In this document: piece by piece, positions 46,597 through 57,177 of the stretch | Layout of the letters: each line of letters opens with the position of its first letter | Position numbering within the stretch: the stretch's first letter is position 1 | Source: Candidatus Methanomethylophilus sp. UBA78 | GTDB taxonomy: Archaea; Thermoplasmatota; Thermoplasmata; Methanomassiliicoccales; Methanomethylophilaceae | Length of the DNA: 64,000 nucleotides | NCBI GenBank assembly: GCA_002503545.1 | Contig: DARY01000027.1 | Coordinates: forward strand, 4,165-68,164 | Direction of reading: 5' to 3' | The notes under the pieces: generated by a model | What the model was told of the DNA's origin: nothing | The model's input: only the letters and a program-made list of their open reading frames with translations | The model's database searches: none | Program-made: the position numbers and the translations under genes

Positions 46597-47685
46597 TCAG
46601 AGAAGACCCAGCTGGGACAGTTTGTCGGGCAGGTACTTGTCCGTCACGTAGTCCAGGCCGTATTTGGCCAGCGCCTGCTGCTCGGCCTTCCTGTTCATCT
46701 CGAGCATGGCGCGTATCTCGGTGTCCCAGAACTCGCTGTTGAACCTCGGGTCGCTCAGCTCCGCATGCAGGGCCCCTATGTCCTTGTCGTTCAGCTTGTC
46801 GGTCGGGAGGTCGTAGTTCAGGATGTCCGATGCGGTTATCCCGACGAAGTTGGCGGTGGGGGTCGCCAGATACTCCGAGATGTGCGCCGTCTTGATGGCC
46901 CCGTAGGCGACGGACGCGAAGATCCTGAAGGACCACGGGTCGCCGTCGGTGAAGACCACGACCGGGAGCCCGTTCTCCTCGTTGAGCCTCTTGATGAGCC
47001 TCCTGGTGGACCGGGCGGGCTGTCCCGACAGATGTACCAGGCAGCATCCCGCCTTCTCCGGGAACCCGTTCTCGATGAGCCTGGCGTACATACCGCCGGT
47101 CTCGAGCGCCATGATGAACCTCACATCGTGGCTCTTGATCTCGAAGGTATCCTTCTCCACGCTGTACGGGACGGCGAAACCCTGCTCGGAGACGTCGTCC
47201 ATGCAGTTGATGTCCTTCATGCCCTTCCTGGTCATGGTCCTGAAGGTGACGTTGCCGTAGACGTGCGCCCCGCTCTCCTCGGGCCTGAGCTTGAAGTCCT
47301 CCCTCATGCAGTGGGACATGGTCTCGAGGTCCTCCGCCAGCAGGTTGCCCTCGTCCTGGCTGTGGAACTTGGCCGCGTTCCAGCCCTCGGAGATGTAGTA
47401 CATCTCCCTCAGCGTGGAGGACTTGTTCTCGCGTATCATCTCGTTTATGAACTCGGTGGTGTACGCGGTCCTCAGCATGGTGGTCGCACCCTGCGTCGTC
47501 TTGGCGGTGCGGGTCGTCTTCAGGTTCCCGTATTTCCACACCTGGGTCATGGGGTCGAACTCGATGTTCCTCTTGGAACGCAGGGGCAGGGTCATCTGCG
47601 GGATGTCCCCTCTGTCGAGGGCGTCGTACACGCCCTCGGCCATCTCGGTCAGACGGTCGAAGGCCGTCTTCTGTCTGTCATTCAT
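46597..47685 (-). CDS. top6A: DNA topoisomerase VI subunit A
   Basis: [39 protein letters not shown]. Confidence 0.96.
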   Translation of the reverse strand: MNDRQKTAFDRLTEMAEGVYDALDRGDIPQMTLPLRSKRNIEFDPMTQVWKYGNLKTTRTAKTTQGATTMLRTAYTTEFINEMIRENKSSTLREMYYISEGWNAAKFHSQDEGNLLAEDLETMSHCMREDFKLRPEESGAHVYGNVTFRTMTRKGMKDINCMDDVSEQGFAVPYSVEKDTFEIKSHDVRFIMALETGGMYARLIENGFPEKAGCCLVHLSGQPARSTRRLIKRLNEENGLPVVVFTDGDPWSFRIFASVAYGAIKTAHISEYLATPTANFVGITASDILNYDLPTDKLNDKDIGALHAELSDPRFNSEFWDTEIRAMLEMNRKAEQQALAKYGLDYVTDKYLPDKLSQLGLL

Positions 47686-49735
47686 CGTCCATCGCCTCCT
47701 TGCTGAACTCCTCCTCTTCGAGCTCTTCCTTCTCTTCCTCCTCGGCGGAGTCGTCCTCGGGGACCGGGTCATCCGTCTCGGTTATCTCCATCCCCTTTAT
47801 GCCCCAGTCCCCGGGCAGCGCCTCCGCACCCATGACGATGACCGGGTTTATGCCGGACACGTACACGTCGTCCGGGTCGAAGGTGTCCGCCATCTCGCCC
47901 TCGAGGACGAAGGAGACCTGCACGGATTTCGACGGCTCGAGGTCCCTTATCACCCACTGGGTCTTCCCTTCGTCGTTGACGGAGTCGAACATGGGCGCCC
48001 CGGTCACCGCCTCCGAGATGCAGTCCTTCGGCAGCGCCATGTGCAGCATGAGGGTGTGGGGGCGCACGGTGTAGTTGTATACCGTGTACGATATCGCATA
48101 GCTTTTCTTACCCTCGGTCCTGCTCTTGGCCGGCTCGATCCACACGACGTTCATGATCTTCGTGATGGTCCTGCTGAGGTCGGGGACCGGTCTGCCGAGC
48201 TGGGCGGAGACCTTGTTGGCAAGGTCGGGCAGGATCTTCTGGACGATGTCGAACTTCTCGTGGGTCTTCGACTTGCGCTCCATCTTGTTGAGGTGGGACT
48301 TGAGGTTCCTGGCCACCAGCCTCAGGGCGGCGAGGATCTCGTCCTCGATCTCCGGGAGCGAGGCGATGGCCTCCTTGCCCTCGGAGGTGAACGGGACCTT
48401 GGTGGAGGCCACATGCACCAGCACTATGGCGGGGCCGTAGGGTATGCCCTTGCCGCCCCTCTGCTCGAGGCCGTACCTCCTCCAGTCGAATTCGGAGACG
48501 GCCTTGGTTATTATGTCGGCTCCCTGCTGGTACAGCAGCGGCACGCGGTTGGCGAACCTCATGATGGTCACCTGGCCGTCCGAGGGGATCTCCCCTCCGT
48601 ACACTATGCCGGCCTCCACGGTGAACGGGTTGCCGTTGACCGTGTGCGCCGGCCTGGTCACCGGGGTGGCGTAGTATTCGGGGCGCATCCCCTCCAGGAT
48701 GTGCATCAGCCCCTTCTTGATCAGCGTGTCCCCTATGGGGGAGAGGCAGTCGGACGGAGGGGCCATTATCTTCGTGTCGGCGATGGCGGAGATGAGCTTC
48801 ATGCTGCCCTCCCTGCCCAGGTCCTGGGGCCTGGAACCGGGGTCCACCCCGGCCTTCTCGCAGACCTCGGCCGCGAGCCTGTCGGTCATCCTGCAGAAGT
48901 CGTTCTTCAGGAAGTCCCTGACCGTCCTCTGCTCGGACCGGGCCGAGTAGCTCATCATGTCGCCGATCTCCATCCCGGCGGGGTGCGGTTTGATCTCCTT
49001 CGCCTTCGGGGGCATGACCTCCGTGGCCCTCTCAAAGGTCCAGATCTTGCCGTCTGGGTCATGGAACTCTATGCGTGCGTGGGGGTTGACGATGGCGGTC
49101 TCCTTCAGATACTCGAAGATGGACTGCTTGCCGGTGACGTAGCGTCCCTTGGTGGTGTACTCTATGAGGGTCCCGTGCGCCTTGTCCACCCACGGGAAGG
49201 CCCTGTCGTTGGTGACGATCGGGCGGTTGGTCTTGGTGTCGATGGAGATGTCCATCTCCCAGGCGACCTCGTCCTCCCCCTCTATCCTCGAGGCGATGTG
49301 CGCGGGCTTGCCGGTCGACACGTTGGCGTACATGACGGTCGCGGATATGCCGATGCCCTGCTGCCCCCTGGACTGGCGCATGGCGTGGAACCTGGACCCG
49401 TAGAGGAGGCGGCCGAACACGTTGGGCATCGCACGGTGGACGATGCCGGGTCCGTTGTCCTCGATGGAGACCTCGTACTCCTCCTCCCCCACCTTCCTGA
49501 CCTTGACCACGATGTCGGGCAGGATCTCCGATTCCTCGCAGGCGTCCAGGGAGTTGTCGACGGCCTCCTTGACCCCCATGAGGAGCGATTTGGCCCGGGA
49601 GTCGAATCCCAGGATCTGCTTGTTCTTCTCGAAAAACTCCGTGACCGAGATCTCGTGCTGTTTGTCGGCGAGCTCCTCGGCCCTGGCTCTGCCGCTCCTC
49701 GCCGGCCTGGCCGCCGGCTCTGAGTCTTTTCCCAT
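47678..49735 (-). CDS. top6B: DNA topoisomerase VI subunit B
   Basis: [42 protein letters not shown]. Confidence 0.96.
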   Translation of the reverse strand: MGKDSEPAARPARSGRARAEELADKQHEISVTEFFEKNKQILGFDSRAKSLLMGVKEAVDNSLDACEESEILPDIVVKVRKVGEEEYEVSIEDNGPGIVHRAMPNVFGRLLYGSRFHAMRQSRGQQGIGISATVMYANVSTGKPAHIASRIEGEDEVAWEMDISIDTKTNRPIVTNDRAFPWVDKAHGTLIEYTTKGRYVTGKQSIFEYLKETAIVNPHARIEFHDPDGKIWTFERATEVMPPKAKEIKPHPAGMEIGDMMSYSARSEQRTVRDFLKNDFCRMTDRLAAEVCEKAGVDPGSRPQDLGREGSMKLISAIADTKIMAPPSDCLSPIGDTLIKKGLMHILEGMRPEYYATPVTRPAHTVNGNPFTVEAGIVYGGEIPSDGQVTIMRFANRVPLLYQQGADIITKAVSEFDWRRYGLEQRGGKGIPYGPAIVLVHVASTKVPFTSEGKEAIASLPEIEDEILAALRLVARNLKSHLNKMERKSKTHEKFDIVQKILPDLANKVSAQLGRPVPDLSRTITKIMNVVWIEPAKSRTEGKKSYAISYTVYNYTVRPHTLMLHMALPKDCISEAVTGAPMFDSVNDEGKTQWVIRDLEPSKSVQVSFVLEGEMADTFDPDDVYVSGINPVIVMGAEALPGDWGIKGMEITETDDPVPEDDSAEEEEKEELEEEEFSKEAMDDE

Positions 49736-49779
49736 CGGGGCGGAGATGGGTTAAAGGGTTTTATTGTTATGGTTCGGGG

Positions 49780-50325
49780 TCATCCTGCGGTGTAGGTCCT
49801 TCCCTTCCCCCGACGCTGTGCCAGATACAGGAATCCGAAGAGCATCAGGAGGACTCCGACCAGGTACAGGAAGAAGTCCCACAGGTCCTCCTCCATGGAC
49901 ATCATCGCGATCGCGACGAGGACCAGGGCGACTCCCGCGAGCCTGTTCGCGTCTCTGTTGCCCAAGTCCACCCTCACGATCCCCAGGGGCATTTCGAAGA
50001 TTATCTTCAGTCCCAACTCGGCCACCACTATGACGGTCAGCCAGTAGAGGATGTACGAGGGCGCCATGGACAGTGCCATCACGAACCCGACGAGGGCGAG
50101 CATGCATCCTCCGAAAAGAGAGCTCTTGAAGCCGTCGTCCATCGCTTTTTTCAAAACCAGGAGCATGCCGCATACGACGGTCAGGACTCCCACCACCTTC
50201 AGGAATTCGTCGTCGGAGGCCAGTTCCATCGCCTTAACGACTATGGCGGCTACGCCGATGACGATCATGGCAATCGCAAGCAACGCTCCGAGCGAGCTGT
50301 TCCCGTGCTGTTCGATTTCGATCAT
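49780..50325 (-). CDS. hypothetical membrane protein
   Basis: 181 aa, about 6 short TM helices. Confidence 0.7.
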   Translation of the reverse strand: MIEIEQHGNSSLGALLAIAMIVIGVAAIVVKAMELASDDEFLKVVGVLTVVCGMLLVLKKAMDDGFKSSLFGGCMLALVGFVMALSMAPSYILYWLTVIVVAELGLKIIFEMPLGIVRVDLGNRDANRLAGVALVLVAIAMMSMEEDLWDFFLYLVGVLLMLFGFLYLAQRRGKGRTYTAG

Positions 50326-50336
50326 GGGCTCACACT

Positions 50337-50873
50337 TTACCGTAGTTTACCCATCATGTCCAAGGCTTTAATGATATGCAGGCACCCGAGCACTATCACG
50401 ATGATGCCGATGGACAGCATCATTATGTCGGCCAGGTCCGCTATGTTCGCCGCCATCACTATGCCAGCGGCTATGAGTATGATACCGCCGATGTGGTTCT
50501 TCCTTACATTCCTCGTGTCCAGTCTGACCCCGAGGAACCTCTTGGTGCCGAGGATCATGAGGATGCCCATGAGCACTATCCCGGCACCGAGTATCAGGGA
50601 GCCTCCGACGGTGACCGCCAGAGCTATCATGACGGCCCCGGCGACTATGGCCACCGCGCCCGCATGGGTTATCTCGGAGTAGGACAGGAAATCGACGACT
50701 CCGAAGACTATCAGGAGAATGCCCCCTATCGTTATCACGATGTTCACGGATTCGGTTTTGCTCGCAGCCATTATGATCCCGAACATCGTCAGCAGCACCC
50801 CCACCAGCAGCATGTTGTACCATGAGCGTCCGACGAAGCGCTTCAGGTCGAGGCTGTCCCTTCTGTCCATCAC
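50337..50873 (-). CDS. hypothetical membrane protein (HdeD/DUF308-like helical hairpins)
   Basis: 178 aa, repeated G-rich TM hairpins. Confidence 0.7.
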   Translation of the reverse strand: MMDRRDSLDLKRFVGRSWYNMLLVGVLLTMFGIIMAASKTESVNIVITIGGILLIVFGVVDFLSYSEITHAGAVAIVAGAVMIALAVTVGGSLILGAGIVLMGILMILGTKRFLGVRLDTRNVRKNHIGGIILIAAGIVMAANIADLADIMMLSIGIIVIVLGCLHIIKALDMMGKLR

Positions 50874-51243
50874 GCGTTCCCGAATGGCGAATCACTATAA
50901 AAGTTGTAACGGAGGGGCTTTCGCACTCTTCCGCGGCCGCGGCGGTGTCCGGGTGTTTCCATACAGCACCGCCCCGCGGTCCCGCCCGGACGGCAGCGAT
51001 CCTCGGGTTTTCCGGGAGAGTCCCGGCGGAATATGTGCCAGCATCATGTGTGCGCCCGGGCGGACACGGAAAACATCACCGGGAATAATCCGCGGCCGCC
51101 ATGTCCGCGGCCGACTGTCTGGATATGTGTTCCACGCCCCGATTCCCGGATTCCGTGGTGTCGGATTTTCACCGTGTGGATATATTTACGCTTCGGGAAG
51201 TGTATGTATTTTTATACTTTTTTGTAAAAAAAGACGGTTTAGC

Positions 51244-51267
51244 TTAACTTTTAGTACATAAAGTTAA
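51244..51267. promoter_or_regulatory. palindrome TTAACTTT-N8-AAAGTTAA in AT-rich promoter
   Basis: Perfect 8-8-8 inverted repeat about 50 nt upstream of 51315. Confidence 0.45.
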
Positions 51268-51314
51268 AGCTTGGATGGAATAGTATTCATATTTGAAAAT
51301 GCAATTCTTACTTC

Positions 51315-51923
51315 ATGTCATTCCTTGACAATACTAAAACTGCAGGGACGGCACTTTGGATCGTCGGTATCCTGATGATCCTCTCTGCCCTCGTCACCAT
51401 CGTCTTCGCTGTAACCGATGACGTCATGAACGACAACATGGTAGGATGGATAATCCTCGGAATCGGGGCCCTCATCTGCGCTCTCGTGTACTTCGGATTC
51501 GGAAAGAGCGTCCGCAGCGGAGAAGTCTCCGACAAGTTCGACATCGTAACCAAGTTCGTATACGTTGTCGGATACACCACCATCATCACCGGAATCTTCC
51601 GCGCCATCTCCGGAGTGTTCTTCGACGACATCGGAGGATACCTCGTCTCCGGAATCATCGGCGTCATCCTCGGTCTCATCATCCTCTTCGTCCAGAAGAA
51701 GATCACCGACGGAAGCGTCGGCACCTTCGACAAGATCATGTGGATCATCCTCCTCGTGATCTTCGTCATCCTCCTCATCAACTCCTTCCTCGGACTCCTT
51801 GGAAACGGTGAGGGACTCCAGCTCATCATCAGCATCGTCATTGCCATCTGCAACGTCGTGATCTACCTCTTCATGGTAGCTTTCATGCTCGACAACAGTG
51901 TCAAGGCGAAGTTCGGAATGTGA
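51315..51923 (+). CDS. hypothetical 6-TM membrane protein, strongly biased codon usage
   Basis: 202 aa, internally duplicated 3-TM unit (DKFDIV / GTFDKI); near-exclusive ATC/CTC/GGA codons. Confidence 0.8.
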   Translation: MSFLDNTKTAGTALWIVGILMILSALVTIVFAVTDDVMNDNMVGWIILGIGALICALVYFGFGKSVRSGEVSDKFDIVTKFVYVVGYTTIITGIFRAISGVFFDDIGGYLVSGIIGVILGLIILFVQKKITDGSVGTFDKIMWIILLVIFVILLINSFLGLLGNGEGLQLIISIVIAICNVVIYLFMVAFMLDNSVKAKFGM

Positions 51924-51953
51924 GTAGGGTAAACATTTGAACAAGGCCCCAAA

Positions 51954-51971
51954 GGCCCCCTTCGGGGGGCC
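51954..51971 (+). terminator. hairpin GGCCCCC-TTCG-GGGGGCC
   Basis: 7-bp stem with UUCG loop, 30 nt after the stop. Confidence 0.6.
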
Positions 51972-52387
51972 CGGGACCTACAATTGCAACTTCTTCTGTT
52001 TCCGGTTTTATAGTGTCGGGTCCTCCGGTTCTGGACCCGTACCGTGCCATCCCTATCCGTATCCGACGTTGTCGGAAGGTTCGTTCTTTACGGCTGGGTA
52101 TGTATCGTGCGTCTGCGGGGAAGGTTCTCCGCCGCGAATGGGAGCCGTACGGTTCCCCGGGGTTGCGGATATCCGGACGATACCGTCCGTCCGATCCGTG
52201 AGGGACATCCTGCCGCAGGCAGGTGTGCACGGGGCAAGGCCGCACGGACCGACCGTCAACGGAGCCGCAGGCGTCTATATGTTCCGCAGGTATGGGTGCG
52301 CCGGATCGGAGGTCCTTTCGGCCGCCATGTCCGGCGGAAGAACCGATCCCCGGGATGAAAAGTAAGAGGGGGATATCCCCCTGGGTT

Positions 52388-53542
52388 TCAGAACTTCTTC
52401 CCGCACTTGGGGCAGAACTCGGCGTTCTTGGGGACGGTCGCCTTGCAGTTGGGGCAGGAGAAGGACTCCTCGCTCACATCCACCTTCCCGTCCGCATGGG
52501 AGACGATGTTCTCCTCGCCGTCGAACTTCGCACCGCACTTGGGGCAGACCTGGGCGTCGCCGGGGACCTCCGCACCGCATTCGGAGCACTGGAAGAAGTC
52601 GTCCTTCCTGCGCCTCATGTCCTCGGGGCGGTCGATGTAGGTGCCACACTTCCTGCACTTTATCTCGCCGGGAAGGACCAGAGCGCCGCATTTCTCGCAT
52701 CTTCCGTATCCCTGGGGGTACAGACGGCCGTCGCTCTCCATCTTGTCCCTCTTGCCCTTTATGGTCCTCCTCATCACGGTGGAGAAGATCAGGATGACGA
52801 AGAATATGAACAGGACGTAGAGTATGACGGTCGCCGCTCCGGCGAAGCACTGGGAGCCGTATTCCGCCCCGGTGAACCCGGTCAGGGTGGCGACGGAGGC
52901 CGATTTGACATCCAGCGTGACATTCCCGCTGCCGTCGTCCTTGCCTGCCGCCAGCACTATGTTCTGCAGTTCCGACATGTCGAAATCGGCATCGGTAAGG
53001 GTGTACTGCAGATGGCTGCCGGATACGTGGGCCCCGTCCAGGAGCACGGTGTTCAGGGACTCAATCTGCGGCGAGCTGTTGAACGGTACGAGGGTCACCT
53101 TGCCGTAGCACAGGTAGGGCGCGTCCCCGTCGTATCCGGTCAGGTCGAAGTCCGCATCGACGGTGATGGTGTCCGCGGCATCGTCGTAGTCGTACGTCAC
53201 GTTGCTGAAGGCACCGCGGTCGGAGACCGATTCTTTGCTGTTGCCCTCCACGAAGGCGGGACCGACGACCGCGCCTCCGACGATTATCGCCAAGACGGCG
53301 AAGACGGCGAAGAACCCGATTTTCCCCCTGGGTTTGACACCGAAGAGGTGCGGAATCATGTAGACGACCACCGCCGCTATGAGCCAGCCTATGGCCGATC
53401 CGCCGAAACCGGCCACGCAGAGGACGGCAATGCCGATCACGGCGGCGGCGCACATCGCGATGATCTGCAACACTGTGATGGAGCGGAAGACCTTCCTGGA
53501 GAAGATGGAGCCTTCTGCACTGTTGGAATCCATGAGGCGCAA
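52388..53542 (-). CDS. membrane protein with C-terminal multiple zinc ribbons
   Basis: 3 TM + outside domain + TM, then six CxxC motifs (CEKC, CRKC, CSEC, CPKC, CPNC, CPKC). Confidence 0.8.
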   Translation of the reverse strand: MRLMDSNSAEGSIFSRKVFRSITVLQIIAMCAAAVIGIAVLCVAGFGGSAIGWLIAAVVVYMIPHLFGVKPRGKIGFFAVFAVLAIIVGGAVVGPAFVEGNSKESVSDRGAFSNVTYDYDDAADTITVDADFDLTGYDGDAPYLCYGKVTLVPFNSSPQIESLNTVLLDGAHVSGSHLQYTLTDADFDMSELQNIVLAAGKDDGSGNVTLDVKSASVATLTGFTGAEYGSQCFAGAATVILYVLFIFFVILIFSTVMRRTIKGKRDKMESDGRLYPQGYGRCEKCGALVLPGEIKCRKCGTYIDRPEDMRRRKDDFFQCSECGAEVPGDAQVCPKCGAKFDGEENIVSHADGKVDVSEESFSCPNCKATVPKNAEFCPKCGKKF

Positions 53543-53624
53543 TCTTGTTTGCTCTTAAATAAATAATGGCCCCCGCGGCCGTCTGTTCCAAGTATTTCGG
53601 CGGGTGTCGCGCATCTCCGCAGGA

Positions 53625-54449
53625 TCATCTCGTCTGGCACATCGGGCACCAGCAGGTGCTCCGTCCCCCGACGGTGTTCCTGACGATCGCCGTCCCGCAT
53701 CTGGGACATGCTTCGCCGCTCCGTCCGTACACCTTCAGGGGGCTCATGTCGTAGTACTTCCTGCTCTTTCCGGCCAGATAGTCCCCGCTGCTGACGGCGT
53801 TGCTCTCCACGGCGAAGGCTATCTTCTCCGGTATGGCATGTACCAGACGTTCCAGCTGCTCCCCGGTAAGCTCCCTGCACGGGGTCAGCGGGCAGATTCC
53901 CGCCTCGAAGAGGATCTCGTCGGACCATATGTTGCCGATGCCGGCCACGACGGACTGGTCCAGGAGGGCCTCCTTCACGGTCGTCCCCCTGCGCCCGATC
54001 CTGGCCTCCAGATAGCCGGAATCCAGTGCCGGGTCGTCCGGTTCGATGCCCAGGCCCTCTATCCCGGAGGTGTCTGTCTCACCGCTGCGGAAGTGCCAGA
54101 TGCGTCCGAAGCGTCTCGGGTCGACGTATCTCAGCTCCGTCCCGTCGTCGAGGAAGAATACCTCGTGGGTGTGCCTCTCCTCCTCGGTCCCCCGCGGGCA
54201 TACGTACAGCTGGCCGGTCATGCCGAAGCGGATGACCGTGCGTCCGCCCAGGTCGTCCGTCAGGACGAGGGCCTTCCCCCTCCTCCCCATGGATGCGAAC
54301 CTCCTCCCGGTCAGCATCCCCGACAGGCCGTCGGGCGTGGTGTTGGCGAGGACCTTGTTGTCGGCGGCCCTGACCGACACCACGGTCCTACCCAGCAGCT
54401 GCGGTCCCACGACCCTCCTGACCGTCTCGATCTCCGGCAATTCTGGCAT
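53625..54449 (-). CDS. mutM: formamidopyrimidine-DNA glycosylase (Fpg/Nei family)
   Basis: MPELPE, RRGK, DPRRFG, LLDQSVVAGIGNIW.DE.LF, C-terminal CPRC...CPMCQ. Confidence 0.93.
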   Translation of the reverse strand: MPELPEIETVRRVVGPQLLGRTVVSVRAADNKVLANTTPDGLSGMLTGRRFASMGRRGKALVLTDDLGGRTVIRFGMTGQLYVCPRGTEEERHTHEVFFLDDGTELRYVDPRRFGRIWHFRSGETDTSGIEGLGIEPDDPALDSGYLEARIGRRGTTVKEALLDQSVVAGIGNIWSDEILFEAGICPLTPCRELTGEQLERLVHAIPEKIAFAVESNAVSSGDYLAGKSRKYYDMSPLKVYGRSGEACPRCGTAIVRNTVGGRSTCWCPMCQTR

Positions 54450-54535
54450 ATGTCCCCTCGTATCCTCCGCCCGGATTAAAATAACAATGCCTTAATAGTG
54501 GGTGCATAATCAGTAGCCCCTAAGGAGGTTTACCG

Positions 54536-55648
54536 ATGGCTACGATAGAGGAGCAGATCGAGGAGTTGGAGAAGGAGATCACCAACACCAAGAAGAACAA
54601 GGCCACCGAGGCGCACATCGGCAAACTCAAGGCCAAGATCGCCAAGCTCACCATGGACAGGGAGAAGAGGCTCGAGACGATCAAGTCCGGGGGAGGGACC
54701 AAGGGATTCTACGTGAAGAAGGCCGGCAACGCGACCGTCGCCCTCGTCGGTTTCCCCTCCGTCGGTAAATCCACGCTCCTGAACCAGCTCACCGGGGCGC
54801 ATTCCGAGGTCGGGGCCTACCACTTCACCACCCTCGACGTCGTCCCCGGGGTGATGGAGTACAACCATGCGAAGATCCAGATCCTGGATATGCCGGGTCT
54901 CATCAAGGACGCCTCCAGAGGCAAGGGGAGAGGCAGGGAGGTCATCGCCGCCGCCAGGTCCGCCGATATAATCCTCTTCGTCGTGGACATCTTCAACCCC
55001 GACATCAGGATCCTCCACAAGGAGCTCTACAACTCCGCCATAAGGATCAACCAGCGCGCCCCCGACGTCAACATAACGACGGGGCAGCAGGGCGGCATAA
55101 TCGTCAAGCCCACCCTCAAGCTCACCAAGATCTCCGTCGACACGATCAAGGACATGGTCTCCGCCTACGGCCACATAAACGCGACCGTGGTCGTCCGCGA
55201 GGATATAGACGTCGAGCAGATGCTCGACGTGCTCGCCGGGAACCGCGTCTACATCAAGGCGGTCATGGCCATCAACAAGGTCGACCTCGCCAAACCCGGA
55301 CAGCTCGAGGCCGTGCAGGACATGCACAGGGAGTTCAGGAGCGTCGGGGTGTCCGCGGCCACCGGTTACAACATGGACGCCCTCAAGCAGGAGATCTACG
55401 ACCAGATAGACATGATCCGCATCTACCTCAAACCGCAGGGTCAGGAGGCGGACATGAAGGAACCCCTCATCGTCAAGAGGGGCAACTCCGTGGGCGACGT
55501 CTGCGAACTCATCCACAGGGATTTCAAGAACGCCTTCAGGTACGCGATGGTGTGGGGCACCAGCGCCAAGTTCCCCGGCCAGACCGTGGGTATGGACCAC
55601 ATCGTCGAGGACGAGGACATCCTCAGCATAATCGTGAAGAGGTCCTGA
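54536..55648 (+). CDS. DRG-family (OBG) GTPase with TGS domain
   Basis: KNKATEAHIGKLKAK, GFPSVGKST, YHFTT, DMPG, NKVD, WGTSAKFPGQ. Confidence 0.93.
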   Translation: MATIEEQIEELEKEITNTKKNKATEAHIGKLKAKIAKLTMDREKRLETIKSGGGTKGFYVKKAGNATVALVGFPSVGKSTLLNQLTGAHSEVGAYHFTTLDVVPGVMEYNHAKIQILDMPGLIKDASRGKGRGREVIAAARSADIILFVVDIFNPDIRILHKELYNSAIRINQRAPDVNITTGQQGGIIVKPTLKLTKISVDTIKDMVSAYGHINATVVVREDIDVEQMLDVLAGNRVYIKAVMAINKVDLAKPGQLEAVQDMHREFRSVGVSAATGYNMDALKQEIYDQIDMIRIYLKPQGQEADMKEPLIVKRGNSVGDVCELIHRDFKNAFRYAMVWGTSAKFPGQTVGMDHIVEDEDILSIIVKRS

Positions 55649-56428
55649 TCACCGCGCGAATCTCTTCCTGACGGTCTCCAGCATCCCTTCGAAGGTGGAG
55701 ACCTCCGCCACGGCGTCGCACGGTACGCCGGTCTTGCGCATGGCCTCCGCGGTCGGTATGCCGATGGCCACCTTGAAGGTCCCCCCGAGCACCTCGTCCG
55801 TCCTCCCCTTCCCGAAGCGGTCCACCATCTGGCCGTAGAAGACGGCGAAGGAGTTGGGACTGGTCATCAGGAGGGCGTCCAGGGTCCCCGACGCGGCCTT
55901 GTCTAGGAGCTCTATGGTGTTCTCGCATATGGGTGCCGGTATCATGTCGTAGACCGGTTCGTCCAGGACCTTGGCCCCTGCCTTCTCGAGGATCTCCACG
56001 ATCTTCCCGTCCCCTCCGGCCGACCTCAGCAGGACCACGGTCTTGTAGGCCACCTCGTCGGCTATCTCCTCGGCCACCCCGACCCCCGAGTAGATTTCGG
56101 GGATGAGGTCGGAGTCCCTGCCGACGAGTTTCTTCAGGGCCTTCTCAGTGCTGCTGCCGGTGCAGGCCACGTTGGTCCTCTCCAGAAGTGCCAGCAGTCT
56201 GTCCCTGCCGTATTCGTCCACGCATTCCTCCACCGCGGTGATCGATGCGAAGAGGGTGAAGTAGGCCCTCCCGGAGGAGAGGACCTCCTCTATCTCCTCG
56301 AAGACCTCCCTGTCCCCTCTGACCGGGTCGAAGGAGGGGGCGCCGAACGGTTCGAAACCCATCTCGGAGCAGACCCTTTCCCCCTCGGCGATCCTGTCCC
56401 GGGGCCTGGTGAACCCTACCGAGATCAT
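55649..56428 (-). CDS. hemD: uroporphyrinogen-III synthase
   Basis: FTRP, VYD, MTSPNS, VAIG.PTAEA; last gene of the hem operon. Confidence 0.85.
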   Translation of the reverse strand: MISVGFTRPRDRIAEGERVCSEMGFEPFGAPSFDPVRGDREVFEEIEEVLSSGRAYFTLFASITAVEECVDEYGRDRLLALLERTNVACTGSSTEKALKKLVGRDSDLIPEIYSGVGVAEEIADEVAYKTVVLLRSAGGDGKIVEILEKAGAKVLDEPVYDMIPAPICENTIELLDKAASGTLDALLMTSPNSFAVFYGQMVDRFGKGRTDEVLGGTFKVAIGIPTAEAMRKTGVPCDAVAEVSTFEGMLETVRKRFAR

Positions 56429-57177
56429 GCCAGGTCACCGAGGACCTCTCTGAGCTGCACGACCGTCCCGACGACCATGATGCCGGGCGTGGCGACGTTC
56501 TCCTCCTTTATGGTCCTCTCCAGGTTCCCGACGGTGGTCACGTAGACCTTCTGGTCGGGGGTGGATCCCTTCGAGAGGACGGCCGCCGGCATGTCGGGCG
56601 ACATGCCTCCCTCGATGAGTCCCGCCGAGATGTTGCCGGCGTTCTCTAGGCCCATGAGGATGACGAGCGTGCCGTGCCCCCCGACGAGCTTCCTCCAGTC
56701 GATGCGGTCCTGCTCCCGGTCCCCCTTCTCGTGCCCAGTCACGAAGGTGACCATCGACGTGTGGTCCCTGTGGGTCACCGGGACCCCGCAGAGCTCCGGG
56801 ACCGAGATGGCGGAGGTGACGCCGGGTATGACGTGGACCTCCACGCCCGCCCTGCGGAGCTTCTCGGCTTCCTCTGCCCCCCTTCCGAAGAGGAACGGGT
56901 CCCCTCCCTTGAGCCTCGCCACGACCTTCCCCTGTTTGGCGTACTCCACGAGCAGGTCGTTGGTCTGCCACTGCCTGAGGTGGTGGTCGGCCGCCCTCTT
57001 GCCGGCGTCGATGAGCTCCGCCCCCGCCCTGCACTCTTTGAGGAGGTCGGGGCTGGAGAGGGCGTCGTACATGACGACGTCCGCTTCGCGCAGGGCTTTG
57101 AGCCCTTTGACTGTGATCAGCCCGTTGTCGCCGGGCCCCGCACCTATGAGATACACTTTTCCGGTCATCTGGGTCAT
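56425..57177 (-). CDS. cobA: uroporphyrinogen-III C-methyltransferase
   Basis: YLIGAGPGD, RLKGGDPFLFGRGAEE, PGVTS, PVTHR, FVTGH. Confidence 0.93.
   Translation of the reverse strand: MTQMTGKVYLIGAGPGDNGLITVKGLKALREADVVMYDALSSPDLLKECRAGAELIDAGKRAADHHLRQWQTNDLLVEYAKQGKVVARLKGGDPFLFGRGAEEAEKLRRAGVEVHVIPGVTSAISVPELCGVPVTHRDHTSMVTFVTGHEKGDREQDRIDWRKLVGGHGTLVILMGLENAGNISAGLIEGGMSPDMPAAVLSKGSTPDQKVYVTTVGNLERTIKEENVATPGIMVVGTVVQLREVLGDLA

Noticed and set aside
47414-49723. Long antisense and alternate-frame ORFs (e.g. 769 aa opposite top6B, 679 aa opposite hemA/hemB, 577 aa over cfbB)
   Set aside because: Shadow ORFs expected in high-GC coding DNA; they overlap well-supported genes and have no motifs
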